DNA of 64,000 nt, from positions 89,712 to 153,711 of the IMG/VR virus record IMGVR_UViG_3300046318_000491. The stretch is one strand, 5' to 3'. The first letter of the stretch is position 1. Each line of letters opens with the position of its first letter. The DNA is from a virus. The notes under the pieces were generated by a model, which saw only the letters and a list, made by a program, of their open reading frames with translations, searched no databases and was not told the DNA's origin. Positions 56,080 through 64,000 of the stretch are shown one piece after another. The position numbers were made by a program, and so were the translations under genes.

Positions 56080-56776
56080 CCCGCAGGCCGTCCCTGGTTC
56101 CATCGCGACGCAGGCCTTGTTCGTTGTAAGTTGAGATGAAAGATGGCAGCACGTACCGCTTTGGTCCAGCCAATGGTGGCTTCACGCCGTGAGGGTAACC
56201 CTCCGTTGCTGCAAACAACATCATCGAACCAGCCGGCACATGCAGCTCGATGTTCCTTGTTGGGAAGATGAGCTCGCCTCCGTTGTATTCGTCATTGATG
56301 TACATGATCGCTGCGTACATCACGAGAGGGTCCGTGTGGTTGTCGACATGTACTCGCAGCTCTGCTCCCTCGTACTGACGCTGGATAGTACCCAGGCCGT
56401 TGAAGTATAGGTGTTCATATGGCCTGAGGATATCTTCTACCTGCTGGTTCAACTTCTCACTGATGTCCTTGATGGTCTTCAGGTGTAGGTTCTTGTCCGC
56501 CCAGTCCCATGTGATCTCAAGCTTGCCTTCTTTGTTCAAAGTCTCAATGTCACGCGTGCCGTGTTCGCGTTCCGCGTGGTCACGTAAGTGGTTCATGTAG
56601 TGGCCAAGCCACTCTTCATCCGTGTAGGTAACAACCTCATCCATGATGCGCTTTCGCTCCTCGGGACTAACGAAGTCCTTCACCATGAAGATGTGCTCAT
56701 CGAGCTCTTCAACTTCCCAGCCTTCTCGTTCGAAGTCAGCCGTCGTTAGACAGAGCAGCTCTTCTTCGGTCATCAT
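56069..56776 (-). CDS. 2OG-Fe(II) oxygenase (prolyl hydroxylase-like)
   Basis: HVD...YIND.Y.GGEL.F...HGV...RY. Confidence 0.9.
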   Translation of the reverse strand: MMTEEELLCLTTADFEREGWEVEELDEHIFMVKDFVSPEERKRIMDEVVTYTDEEWLGHYMNHLRDHAEREHGTRDIETLNKEGKLEITWDWADKNLHLKTIKDISEKLNQQVEDILRPYEHLYFNGLGTIQRQYEGAELRVHVDNHTDPLVMYAAIMYINDEYNGGELIFPTRNIELHVPAGSMMLFAATEGYPHGVKPPLAGPKRYVLPSFISTYNEQGLRRDGTRDGLRDAY

Positions 56777-57405
56777 GCTATCTCCCGGGTTTGTATAAAT
56801 GATGGCAGCACGTATCGTACGGGACCAGGTCCTACAGAATGCACGCCGTGTTTGTATTCAGCAGTTGTTGGAAAGATGACCACGGATCCGGCCGGCGGCC
56901 TAACTTCCAACGAACGTGTTGGGAAGTAGAGCTCGCCGCCAGTGTAATCATCGTTCAAATAAAATATTACAGCAAATACAACTGCAGGTTCTGAGTCCCC
57001 GTCCGTATGAAGTTTGAGCTCGGATCCTTCGTATTGGCGCTGAGCTCCGCCGGCCCCTCTAAAAACTAAATCTTCGTGCGAAGTTACAAGCTGCGAAGTC
57101 TTCTTGTTTAACCCATCAATGATCCGGGTGTTCTTCACATGAATGCTTTTATCTAGCCAGGCCGCGTCCAGAGTGAAGACGCCATCTTCGAGAAGTTCTT
57201 CCATAGGCCTGCCGAACTGGCGCAATGAGTACTCACGCATGCCGGTGAGATATCTTTCGCTCCACTGTTCGGAAGTGTAACCTTCGAGCTCTTCGATGAG
57301 CTCGCGGCATTCGTCGGAAGTTAGTGCGCCGCGGACCAGGTAGATCTGGTCATCAAGAATTTCGGGGGTCCAACCAATCCGTTGGAAATCAGATAGCTGC
57401 AGCAT
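56773..57405 (-). CDS. 2OG-Fe(II) oxygenase (tandem paralog)
   Basis: HTD...YLNDDYTGGELYF...HGV...RY. Confidence 0.9.
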   Translation of the reverse strand: MLQLSDFQRIGWTPEILDDQIYLVRGALTSDECRELIEELEGYTSEQWSERYLTGMREYSLRQFGRPMEELLEDGVFTLDAAWLDKSIHVKNTRIIDGLNKKTSQLVTSHEDLVFRGAGGAQRQYEGSELKLHTDGDSEPAVVFAVIFYLNDDYTGGELYFPTRSLEVRPPAGSVVIFPTTAEYKHGVHSVGPGPVRYVLPSFIQTREIA

Positions 57406-57426
57406 ATGTCAACCATACCCTAAGGA

Positions 57427-58290
57427 TTAATCAATTGCAAATAGATTTGTCTCTGCGGCGAGTCGCTTGAGACTTTGGTACTCAGGGGCACCGTTAGCTT
57501 CGGATCCCACACGTCCAATGTTTCGTTGGAAGCGGGCGAAGGCGCTCGCAGTAGCTGCATCCCACTTTCCCTCTTCAGCTCCAGTGATGTCCGTTAGAAG
57601 TGAGAGCGCTAACTGCACAGCAGTTACGTGCTTGTTCTTAGATCCCGGCTGCAGCTTCCTAACATCAACCGTTAGAAGTTGAGCTGCAGCTTCATCGAGC
57701 TGAGCTATCTCGACTCGAGCTTCGCGATCCGTTAACTTCGAACGAAGCTTTACAAGCGTACTGATGCAGGCCGCTGCAGCTGTACGTACAAACAAACGAA
57801 TTCCTCGTTCGAAGTTAGCTGGCCGCAAGAAAGCTACAACATCCGTTGCATGTCGGATCTTTTGATGCACGCCGTCGAACTGTTGGTAAGAAGATGATCC
57901 GGTTACATTGCCCTCGATGGTAAGGAACCGTCCGTTAGAAGTGAACTCCCGGGTGTCTATAACCACGCCGCAGTGTGGCGCAGCAAAGATCGATCCGTTA
58001 CTTGTTGCGATTGATGCGAAGCTGAAGATCGCAATGTCCCCTGGCTGCGGCTTTCTTCGGAGCAGGCCGCGACGTGTGAATTCAGCGAGCGCGGATGGAG
58101 TATAGACAAATGACGGTAAATGCTGGCCGCTCTCCCGGGCAATCACATCAATGAATGCACCCGACCAAACCGTCGCGTCATATCCAACGCGCTCGCCGAA
58201 ACTGTTTCGCCCGAGTAGCTCTGACTTGTAACCCACATACTTGCGGGCCGTCATGATTAAGGCAGTAGCTGCCGGGCTAATTCTCTTCAC
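57427..58290 (-). CDS. CHAP-like domain + peptidoglycan-binding domain protein (lysin-like)
   Basis: A..YVGY, WSGAF, PQPGDIAIF, HCGVV and TIEGN; C-terminal L.PGS....V..VQ.AL...G.WD..T..A..RFQ. Confidence 0.75.
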   Translation of the reverse strand: MKRISPAATALIMTARKYVGYKSELLGRNSFGERVGYDATVWSGAFIDVIARESGQHLPSFVYTPSALAEFTRRGLLRRKPQPGDIAIFSFASIATSNGSIFAAPHCGVVIDTREFTSNGRFLTIEGNVTGSSSYQQFDGVHQKIRHATDVVAFLRPANFERGIRLFVRTAAAACISTLVKLRSKLTDREARVEIAQLDEAAAQLLTVDVRKLQPGSKNKHVTAVQLALSLLTDITGAEEGKWDAATASAFARFQRNIGRVGSEANGAPEYQSLKRLAAETNLFAID

Positions 58291-58302
58291 GTGGTGAGTC
58301 TA

Positions 58303-58719
58303 TCACACCAGTGGTGAATCCTCATCGTATATAACATCGCTGTCATCAAACAGCTCGCTTGGGTCCACCGCCTGGGAAGGATCTGGTTCTGGCAGCGGAA
58401 TTGGTTCTGGCAGTGTGTCCGTCGAAGGATCGAAGGTGCCAACAGGGACTCCGTCTTCCATGATGATCACCGGTTCAACTTGAGCGCTAGCTACCTCAGG
58501 TCCAATGTATCTGACCTCGAACAATGGCGCAAGTATGTCCGGTACATCATCCGGGCCGCGATTGGGATCAGCCGTTAGTCGATCGTGCATGATCAACGTA
58601 TCTTGAGCTGACAGCATCAACCGGTTGAATTCATTCAACGACTCTTCCGTTGTTGCAAGCTGCATCAACTGCTGAGCTAGCAGCTGAGCTACAGCTGCAA
58701 CTTCTTCCTTAGATGTCAT
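58303..58719 (-). CDS. Hypothetical protein
   Basis: 138 aa with an acidic Pro-rich tail. Confidence 0.6.
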   Translation of the reverse strand: MTSKEEVAAVAQLLAQQLMQLATTEESLNEFNRLMLSAQDTLIMHDRLTADPNRGPDDVPDILAPLFEVRYIGPEVASAQVEPVIIMEDGVPVGTFDPSTDTLPEPIPLPEPDPSQAVDPSELFDDSDVIYDEDSPLV

Positions 58720-58907
58720 CCGTTATTCGTTCCTTCTTGATCCGGGCCGTTACTTTCAACGAACTCTTGGATCTGATGGTACAGGTTTTGAGCTTCTTGC
58801 GCAAGGGTAGTTATTCGGATGTGCTCGATGCGTGTTGATGCATTCTCGATATCCGCTTTGAGGTTTTCGTACAACATCCAGGCCGCTTGCTTAATGTCTT
58901 CGTGCAT
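58716..58907 (-). CDS. Hypothetical protein
   Basis: 63 aa, coupled. Confidence 0.6.
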   Translation of the reverse strand: MHEDIKQAAWMLYENLKADIENASTRIEHIRITTLAQEAQNLYHQIQEFVESNGPDQEGTNNG

Positions 58908-58909
58908 TG

Positions 58910-59860
58910 TTAGTCCTGGCCGCTTTCTTCAGATGATCCGTCAGAAGCTACTGTAGCTGCAGCTTCAGACTTCTCACCGTCCGTTACAACTTCTGCATCA
59001 ATGATCTCTTTGTCCGGTTCTATGTGCAGGCCTGCTTCCGCTAAGCGGGCTGCGGTTGAAATGGCACCTTGTGCTAGACGCTCCAACCGTTCTGCAATGA
59101 CAGAAGCTGCAGGCCGTACATCAATGTTGATGTTGGTATCTATCTCCACGCCGCCTCGAACACCAGCTCGGTCAAGGATCTCCGTTGCAGCTTTGAGCTT
59201 CACCGGTTCTGACTCCGCGTTCTCCATGAGATCTTCAAGGAGGTCAACCGCGTAAGGCGCTGCCTGCACCAACTTCGCACGAGCTCGTTCAATGTCATCT
59301 GTAGTCTTGTGTTTAACAGATCGGAGATGGATACGACACAGGCCGTCATCCTTTGGCCGGCCGCTGCTCCACAACATACAACGAATCGAGTCATCTTTGA
59401 TCTGGCGGCAGCGATGCGGTTGAGCTAAAGGTTGGCGCTTATCGTTGGTCCGTCCCTCTTCCTGCTCTTTTAAGTAGAGGCGGGTACTGTGGATAACCCA
59501 AGGTGGAACCAAGTAGTCCGTTGCTTCTTCAGCTAACAGGTCCAGGCCGGTAATGAAATCTGAGTTGTTATCCGTTGGGACAACAAGTAATGGACGCTTT
59601 TCGGCAAGAGACTGAAGGCGGCGCTCCATCCTACTTTCAACGCTTCGTGCGAAGATGAGTCCGGTAGCTTGGCCCGTTGTCGAGTAGACAGGATCCCAAG
59701 ACATACGCGCTCGCCGAAGGATAGCACGGTTTGAGAAGTTATCTTCACACACGCCGCGGTCAACTTCCTCGATGCCAAGTTGGCTGAGGTCGGGGCGGAG
59801 GTCAATAGGTTCATCAACCTGTGGTTTTAGATCCGCTGGATCTTCGTCTTTGTCGAACAT
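58910..59860 (-). CDS. Zinc-finger protein, possible terminase small subunit
   Basis: RC......RC.........C..H finger, then L..AA..AV..L..L...AESE.V.L.AA..ILDRAG helical domain as seen in terS-like proteins. Confidence 0.55.
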   Translation of the reverse strand: MFDKDEDPADLKPQVDEPIDLRPDLSQLGIEEVDRGVCEDNFSNRAILRRARMSWDPVYSTTGQATGLIFARSVESRMERRLQSLAEKRPLLVVPTDNNSDFITGLDLLAEEATDYLVPPWVIHSTRLYLKEQEEGRTNDKRQPLAQPHRCRQIKDDSIRCMLWSSGRPKDDGLCRIHLRSVKHKTTDDIERARAKLVQAAPYAVDLLEDLMENAESEPVKLKAATEILDRAGVRGGVEIDTNINIDVRPAASVIAERLERLAQGAISTAARLAEAGLHIEPDKEIIDAEVVTDGEKSEAAATVASDGSSEESGQD

Positions 59861-60117
59861 CGTTCTCTCCGTTAGAAGTTGTTGGTTAGGTTACCCTAAC
59901 TTGTACAACTTTCAAGCCGTCGTTATTTAAGCGACGATGGCCTAAGTTACCGGGGAGAGGTCTTGAACCTAAGCCACCGTCCTACTAATTTTACCCGATG
60001 TCAAATCGTGTGAGTTTGAGCATGCCGTTGTTGAAAAGTTTTTTTGCTCGTGGAGAGGGAGACAGAAGCGTTTTGCTCTTTACATTAACAACGAAGGTAT
60101 CCTCGCCGTACTTGTAT

Positions 60118-60387
60118 TTAGTCAACATCCTTGTATGTTTTATTGTTCATTCGTCCGCTTAGTAATTTAAAACGTCCCTTTTCATCTCGGGTGAACCTCA
60201 TCGAGTGGGCTTGACTCTTATCGAACTTCTCTTGCTTCTTCTTAATTTGTACAAATTCTACATCTTTGAGGTAGACATAACCGGGGTGGGCTAACTTAAG
60301 CGAGCCGTCCTCTAACCAGTTGTAGATGGTCTTATAGGAAACGCCTAGCATGCTGGCAGCAATCTTAATCTTAATCATCTTGTCCAT
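60118..60387 (-). CDS. Excisionase/MerR-like HTH protein
   Basis: AASMLGVSYKTIYNWLEDG.L. Confidence 0.75.
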   Translation of the reverse strand: MDKMIKIKIAASMLGVSYKTIYNWLEDGSLKLAHPGYVYLKDVEFVQIKKKQEKFDKSQAHSMRFTRDEKGRFKLLSGRMNNKTYKDVD

Positions 60388-60426
60388 AAGGTGCCTCTCA
60401 CTCTATGAATAGTATATGACCTTAAA

Positions 60427-60852
60427 TTAGATTTTTAGGTAATCGGCGCATATCCCGTATGCATCGTAGTTGAGTGGGGTAGAAGTCAAATCCACTATCA
60501 CAGAGGAAGTGGTGACTGGTTGACCTGGATAAGTCCAGATATACCCTTGGCTAGTTAGAGTGAAGTTATCTTCTTGATGCCAGAAGAAGTTCAACTGAGG
60601 GAACACTGTTACAAGAAACTCTAGGGCTTCAAGATTCTTACAGTGAATCCATGAAGCATGGCCTGTCTCAATCAGAAACTCTTCGCTTGTCAGATACTCT
60701 GGTCCAGAGTGGCCTAACCATAGTCGACCATTTAACTTCCACAAATCGAACTCTATCTCATAGCCATCCGCTAAGGCTTCTCGTAGATAGGACTCTTGGT
60801 TCTCTCGATAGGATGGTCCGTTGGTGTTTCCCCGGTGAGCAATCTTAATCAT
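60427..60852 (-). CDS. Glycerophosphodiester phosphodiesterase-like protein
   Basis: IAHRGN, E.D.W..LWLGH, WIHCKN and GICAD. Confidence 0.8.
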   Translation of the reverse strand: MIKIAHRGNTNGPSYRENQESYLREALADGYEIEFDLWKLNGRLWLGHSGPEYLTSEEFLIETGHASWIHCKNLEALEFLVTVFPQLNFFWHQEDNFTLTSQGYIWTYPGQPVTTSSVIVDLTSTPLNYDAYGICADYLKI

Positions 60853-62182
60853 TTAAGTAGGCTTCCAAATCTTCAGGGGTTCCAATACCATTCATTGAAT
60901 CTATATTGAAGACCGTAAACTTCTTACCAGCAAGTAGGGCTTCGTTGTATACGGGGCAGATGTAGAATTCACCATTTGTTCGAAGGTTCTTGTGAATCAT
61001 CTGTTCTGCAAAAGTAACATAGTCTGAACCTTTTGTCCACAAATAAATGCCTGCCGTTGCGTGTTCACTAATCACTTGCTTCTCTGCTACCGATGTCACA
61101 TAGCCGAAGTCATCTACATCAGCGTAAGACCACTTTGGGTTGTCAGCCTTGAACACAACTATGCTTCCATCAATCGGACTAGCTTGCGCTAGTGTCAAGA
61201 AAAGGTCAGAATCCCAGTTAGTTATCTGGTCAGAGTTGGCAATCACTAAGGGGAAGTCATTGTCGATTAGGTGCTTTGCCGTAAGGGAAGTCACTGCTGC
61301 CCCTTCGGTAACCCCGTTGATTTGGACTATCTCGCAGTTGGGGGTTATGGAAGTTAGGAGTTCTTCTAGGTTGTAGTCCTCGTAGTGTTCTCTTTGAACG
61401 ATGTAAATGTAGTTGCCATCTATGGCTATATCTTCTACAACTCTTTGGATCATTGGCTTACCATCAACATCGATTAGAGGCTTTGGTAAATCGTATCCGG
61501 CGTCAGCAAATCTACTGCCTAGTCCCGCCATTGGGATTAGAACATTCACTGCCTTCTTTTCATGAGTAGCTAAGCTCATTGCCATTCGAACCTTGGATTC
61601 AGTTAGGTCAGATCTATCACAGATACCGACGAGGGTTGCCTTAGATGATAAGGCTGCTGCTCTTCCAATATTACTATCTTCGAATATCACGGTATTTTTT
61701 GGTGACACTTCTAGTAAGTTCATGGCCTTGAGATATATCTCTGGTGAAGGCTTGGGGTCACTAACATCTTCGTTACTTAGGGAGACGTCAATAAACTCGG
61801 AGATGCCGAGGCTGGTTAGGCATGTATCTAAAGTTGCCCTGATGCTATTACTTGCTACTGCTACTAAGAACCCATTGGACTTGAGGAGACTGAATATAGA
61901 TATCAGTTCGCCATCTGGTGCTAGCGACTCAAAAGACTTTGCTGAATGCTGTTGCTTAGACTGCCAGATGGGAAAGTGTAATGACTCCGGTAAGTTCTTT
62001 AGCTTCGTTAGAAGTGCAAGCTTTGTTCCCGTAGTCAATCCTTCGTAGGTAATGTCCTGCTCTTGCTTAGATATCGCATACTTCTGATCAACTTCTGCGA
62101 GTGCTTTGTTTAAAGATTCGTAGTGCAGCTCTTTACTATCAACTAGCACCCCATCTAAATCGAAGACTATTAAATTAGCCAT
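60845..62182 (-). CDS. HAD phosphatase fused to a nucleotidyltransferase / GT-A domain
   Basis: FDLDGVL, KPSPEIY and FEDS; IPMAGLGSRF...PKPLI, NSD and GTPEDL. Confidence 0.85.
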   Translation of the reverse strand: MANLIVFDLDGVLVDSKELHYESLNKALAEVDQKYAISKQEQDITYEGLTTGTKLALLTKLKNLPESLHFPIWQSKQQHSAKSFESLAPDGELISIFSLLKSNGFLVAVASNSIRATLDTCLTSLGISEFIDVSLSNEDVSDPKPSPEIYLKAMNLLEVSPKNTVIFEDSNIGRAAALSSKATLVGICDRSDLTESKVRMAMSLATHEKKAVNVLIPMAGLGSRFADAGYDLPKPLIDVDGKPMIQRVVEDIAIDGNYIYIVQREHYEDYNLEELLTSITPNCEIVQINGVTEGAAVTSLTAKHLIDNDFPLVIANSDQITNWDSDLFLTLAQASPIDGSIVVFKADNPKWSYADVDDFGYVTSVAEKQVISEHATAGIYLWTKGSDYVTFAEQMIHKNLRTNGEFYICPVYNEALLAGKKFTVFNIDSMNGIGTPEDLEAYLND

Positions 62183-63164
62183 CGAGTAGTCGCTTAAGCA
62201 TTTCGTTTGATTCGAACTTACTCTTCACTTCTAAGAAGCTTCTCTCATGCGGTACCGAGATGTAAGTATGCTTTTTAGCTAAAGATAGCGTCAGGTATTG
62301 ATTGTGGAACTCTTTGATAACACCTACTGAAACAACGTCATAGTTAGCCACGGCATTGGTTAGTTCTATAACCGTCTGCCCTGGCTTCATAAATACTTGA
62401 TTAGTAAGTCCTGAACCTGATAGGGATACAAGAACCTTAACCGTTCTCATGAATTCAATCTGCTCTTTGACAGAAGTAAAGTCTTCCGGATATACAACTT
62501 CAAACGAATTCTCTTTAAAGAACTCAGCTAAAGCGCTCTCGTCATCTATTCTCATTTGATTACGGAAGGCTGGCTCTATTCTAAGTTTCTCGTCATCCGT
62601 TAACTTATACTCGCCTCGAGCATTGTATGGAACCTTAGCTCTACTAAGGATTACTTTTCGATAAGGCTCTTCGTCACTAACTGGTACAGACTTGACTAAC
62701 ATCTCCTCGGTGAGGTTGAGGGTGTCAAGGGTTGGATATATGAAAGTAGCAGTGAAGTAGTTATTTATCTTTAAGACAGTTTGATCGCCGTAGACATCGT
62801 AACTAACTCCCTCTAGATCTAAATAGTCAGTAATGAATTTAGTTTGAGTGCCCCGCTTATCGATGAGAACTACATGCAGGTCTTTCCCGTACTTATTTAA
62901 GACAGTCGTGAGGAGTCCATATGAATCAATAGTTGAGTGGAAGAAGGCTGGGTGATAAGTGAAAAGAAACTTCCTTCTATCAGATAGAAGTATCTCATTG
63001 GTTTGAGTTTCAATATCTGAGTATTCGTCTTCTACTTGAACACGACTTACATATGCTTGAGCATTGCCTGAATCATTAGGGCATATCTCTAAGTAGATAG
63101 GATCTAGAGAATCGTAAGAAGATAACTCTAGAACCGGATCTCTGTACTTAGGCTCGACGAACAT
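62175..63164 (-). CDS. Glycosyltransferase family 61 (DUF563)-like
   Basis: LSR...R...E.....F.VVYPE.....EQI.......V..SGSGLTN..FM.PG..VIEL. Confidence 0.75.
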   Translation of the reverse strand: MFVEPKYRDPVLELSSYDSLDPIYLEICPNDSGNAQAYVSRVQVEDEYSDIETQTNEILLSDRRKFLFTYHPAFFHSTIDSYGLLTTVLNKYGKDLHVVLIDKRGTQTKFITDYLDLEGVSYDVYGDQTVLKINNYFTATFIYPTLDTLNLTEEMLVKSVPVSDEEPYRKVILSRAKVPYNARGEYKLTDDEKLRIEPAFRNQMRIDDESALAEFFKENSFEVVYPEDFTSVKEQIEFMRTVKVLVSLSGSGLTNQVFMKPGQTVIELTNAVANYDVVSVGVIKEFHNQYLTLSLAKKHTYISVPHERSFLEVKSKFESNEMLKRLLDG

Positions 63165-63175
63165 TTAACTAAATC

Positions 63176-63640
63176 CTAATCATCATTGCGAACCCACCAC
63201 CCGCGTGAGTCTCGCTTTAACTTCTTTGAGTATTCTCGAAGCTCTTCAATTCTACCTACATGATGGATACGGTCATCAATCTCTAATGCCAACGCTAGAA
63301 TCTCGTTCTTGTCTACTGCATAATGCTTAGTGTTTCCAAAGATGTAGTGCTTCTTGATGTACCCCATGTTTGCGTAATAAGTTATCATCCGTGTCCCCAC
63401 TCCTAAAAGTGCCGATGCTTCTTTAGGAAGAATGATGTTATCTGGATATCCCCTAAGTATCAGTTCGAACTTGGTACATCCTGCTACTTCTCTAACTTCA
63501 TCGAGTTCAACTAAGTAGTTTCTCTTGTGCCCACTTGCACTTGGATGCTTCTTAATCCAACCATTCTTAATCCAATACCCAATCATTGGAGTCGTTACAT
63601 GTGAAAGCTTTGCTGCTTCTGCTGGAGTAATTAGTGGCAC
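63176..63640 (-). CDS. Tandem MerR/excisionase-like HTH protein
   Basis: Two repeats: ITPAEAAKL..V....I.YW...G and ILPKEASALLGV....I.YY...G. Confidence 0.75.
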   Translation of the reverse strand: MPLITPAEAAKLSHVTTPMIGYWIKNGWIKKHPSASGHKRNYLVELDEVREVAGCTKFELILRGYPDNIILPKEASALLGVGTRMITYYANMGYIKKHYIFGNTKHYAVDKNEILALALEIDDRIHHVGRIEELREYSKKLKRDSRGWWVRNDD

Positions 63641-63644
63641 GGAA

Positions 63645-63989
63645 TTATCGTCCTCGTTTATTGTTCAACGATTCTCTTATCTCTGTAATTCTATTCTCTG
63701 CTTCAATAACTTCCATAATCTCTGGAAGGCAAATAAGATTATGAACCGTTGATCCTCTCTTAGGAGTAACTACTGGAGTAGTTTTAATTGAATACTTACC
63801 AGCTAGATATGCAGTTCGATTATTAGATAGATTCAATAAGGTTGCTGCCCTACGAATTGATACATACTCTTCACCATCGATAGTCACTGAAGTATTAGTA
63901 AGAAAGTTGCTGTAGTCCTTGCGTGGCTCTCTGGTATTGAAATGATAAAGCACTTCATCTTTATCAAGCAGATAGATAGGCGATGGCAT
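63645..63989 (-). CDS. HTH-containing protein (may extend beyond the window)
   Basis: YVSIRRAATLLNLS motif. Confidence 0.55.
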   Translation of the reverse strand: MPSPIYLLDKDEVLYHFNTREPRKDYSNFLTNTSVTIDGEEYVSIRRAATLLNLSNNRTAYLAGKYSIKTTPVVTPKRGSTVHNLICLPEIMEVIEAENRITEIRESLNNKRGR

Positions 63990-64000
63990 CCCTGTTGGAT

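Larger units (their letters stand above)
7604..59994 (-). promoter_or_regulatory. Candidate late-promoter -10 motif GTAAAAT
   Basis: Copies at 7604-7610, 13449-13455, 19980-19986 and 59988-59994, upstream of the tail, chaperone, capsid and terS-like genes. Confidence 0.5.

Noticed and set aside
1818-63752. The many + strand ORFs in the track
   Set aside because: They are antisense shadows of minus-strand genes or run across the intergenic repeats, with no RBS support or recognisable motifs.

Overview
This window is part of a large tailed dsDNA phage genome (siphovirus-like) with essentially all credible genes on the minus strand. The host is most likely an actinobacterium, inferred from SigA-type and leaderless promoters, an actinobacterial-type SSB, a ClgR-like regulator and a mycobacteriophage cluster B-like head module. 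Positions 1-36.5 kb hold the virion module: tail tip, tape measure, tail, two capsid proteins, a large mosaic maturation protease, a large head-associated protein extended by a predicted -1 frameshift into peptidase/kinase/ART-like domains, dps, portal and terL. katG and small regulators lie at 36.6-41.2 kb. The most unusual part is 41.7-55.4 kb, an array of short transcription units bounded by 15 same-orientation copies of a 17-bp box (+ strand CAGAAAAAATAAATACC), mostly about 560-830 bp apart. Each unit reads terminator - box - promoter - RBS - microprotein(s). Ten promoters carry the TGTC-N12-TANNNT element known for the actinobacterial PafBC DNA-damage activator. Several 3' ends carry hairpins with anti-Shine-Dalgarno loops, one with a perfect 15-nt match to a phage RBS. 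The region is almost free of many 4-bp palindromes, while 55.7-59.9 kb is rich in them. Positions 55.4-64 kb hold 2OG-Fe(II) oxygenases, a CHAP-like lysin, a terminase-small-like gene, sugar-modification enzymes and HTH proteins. All protein assignments come from motif recognition by eye, not from database searches.
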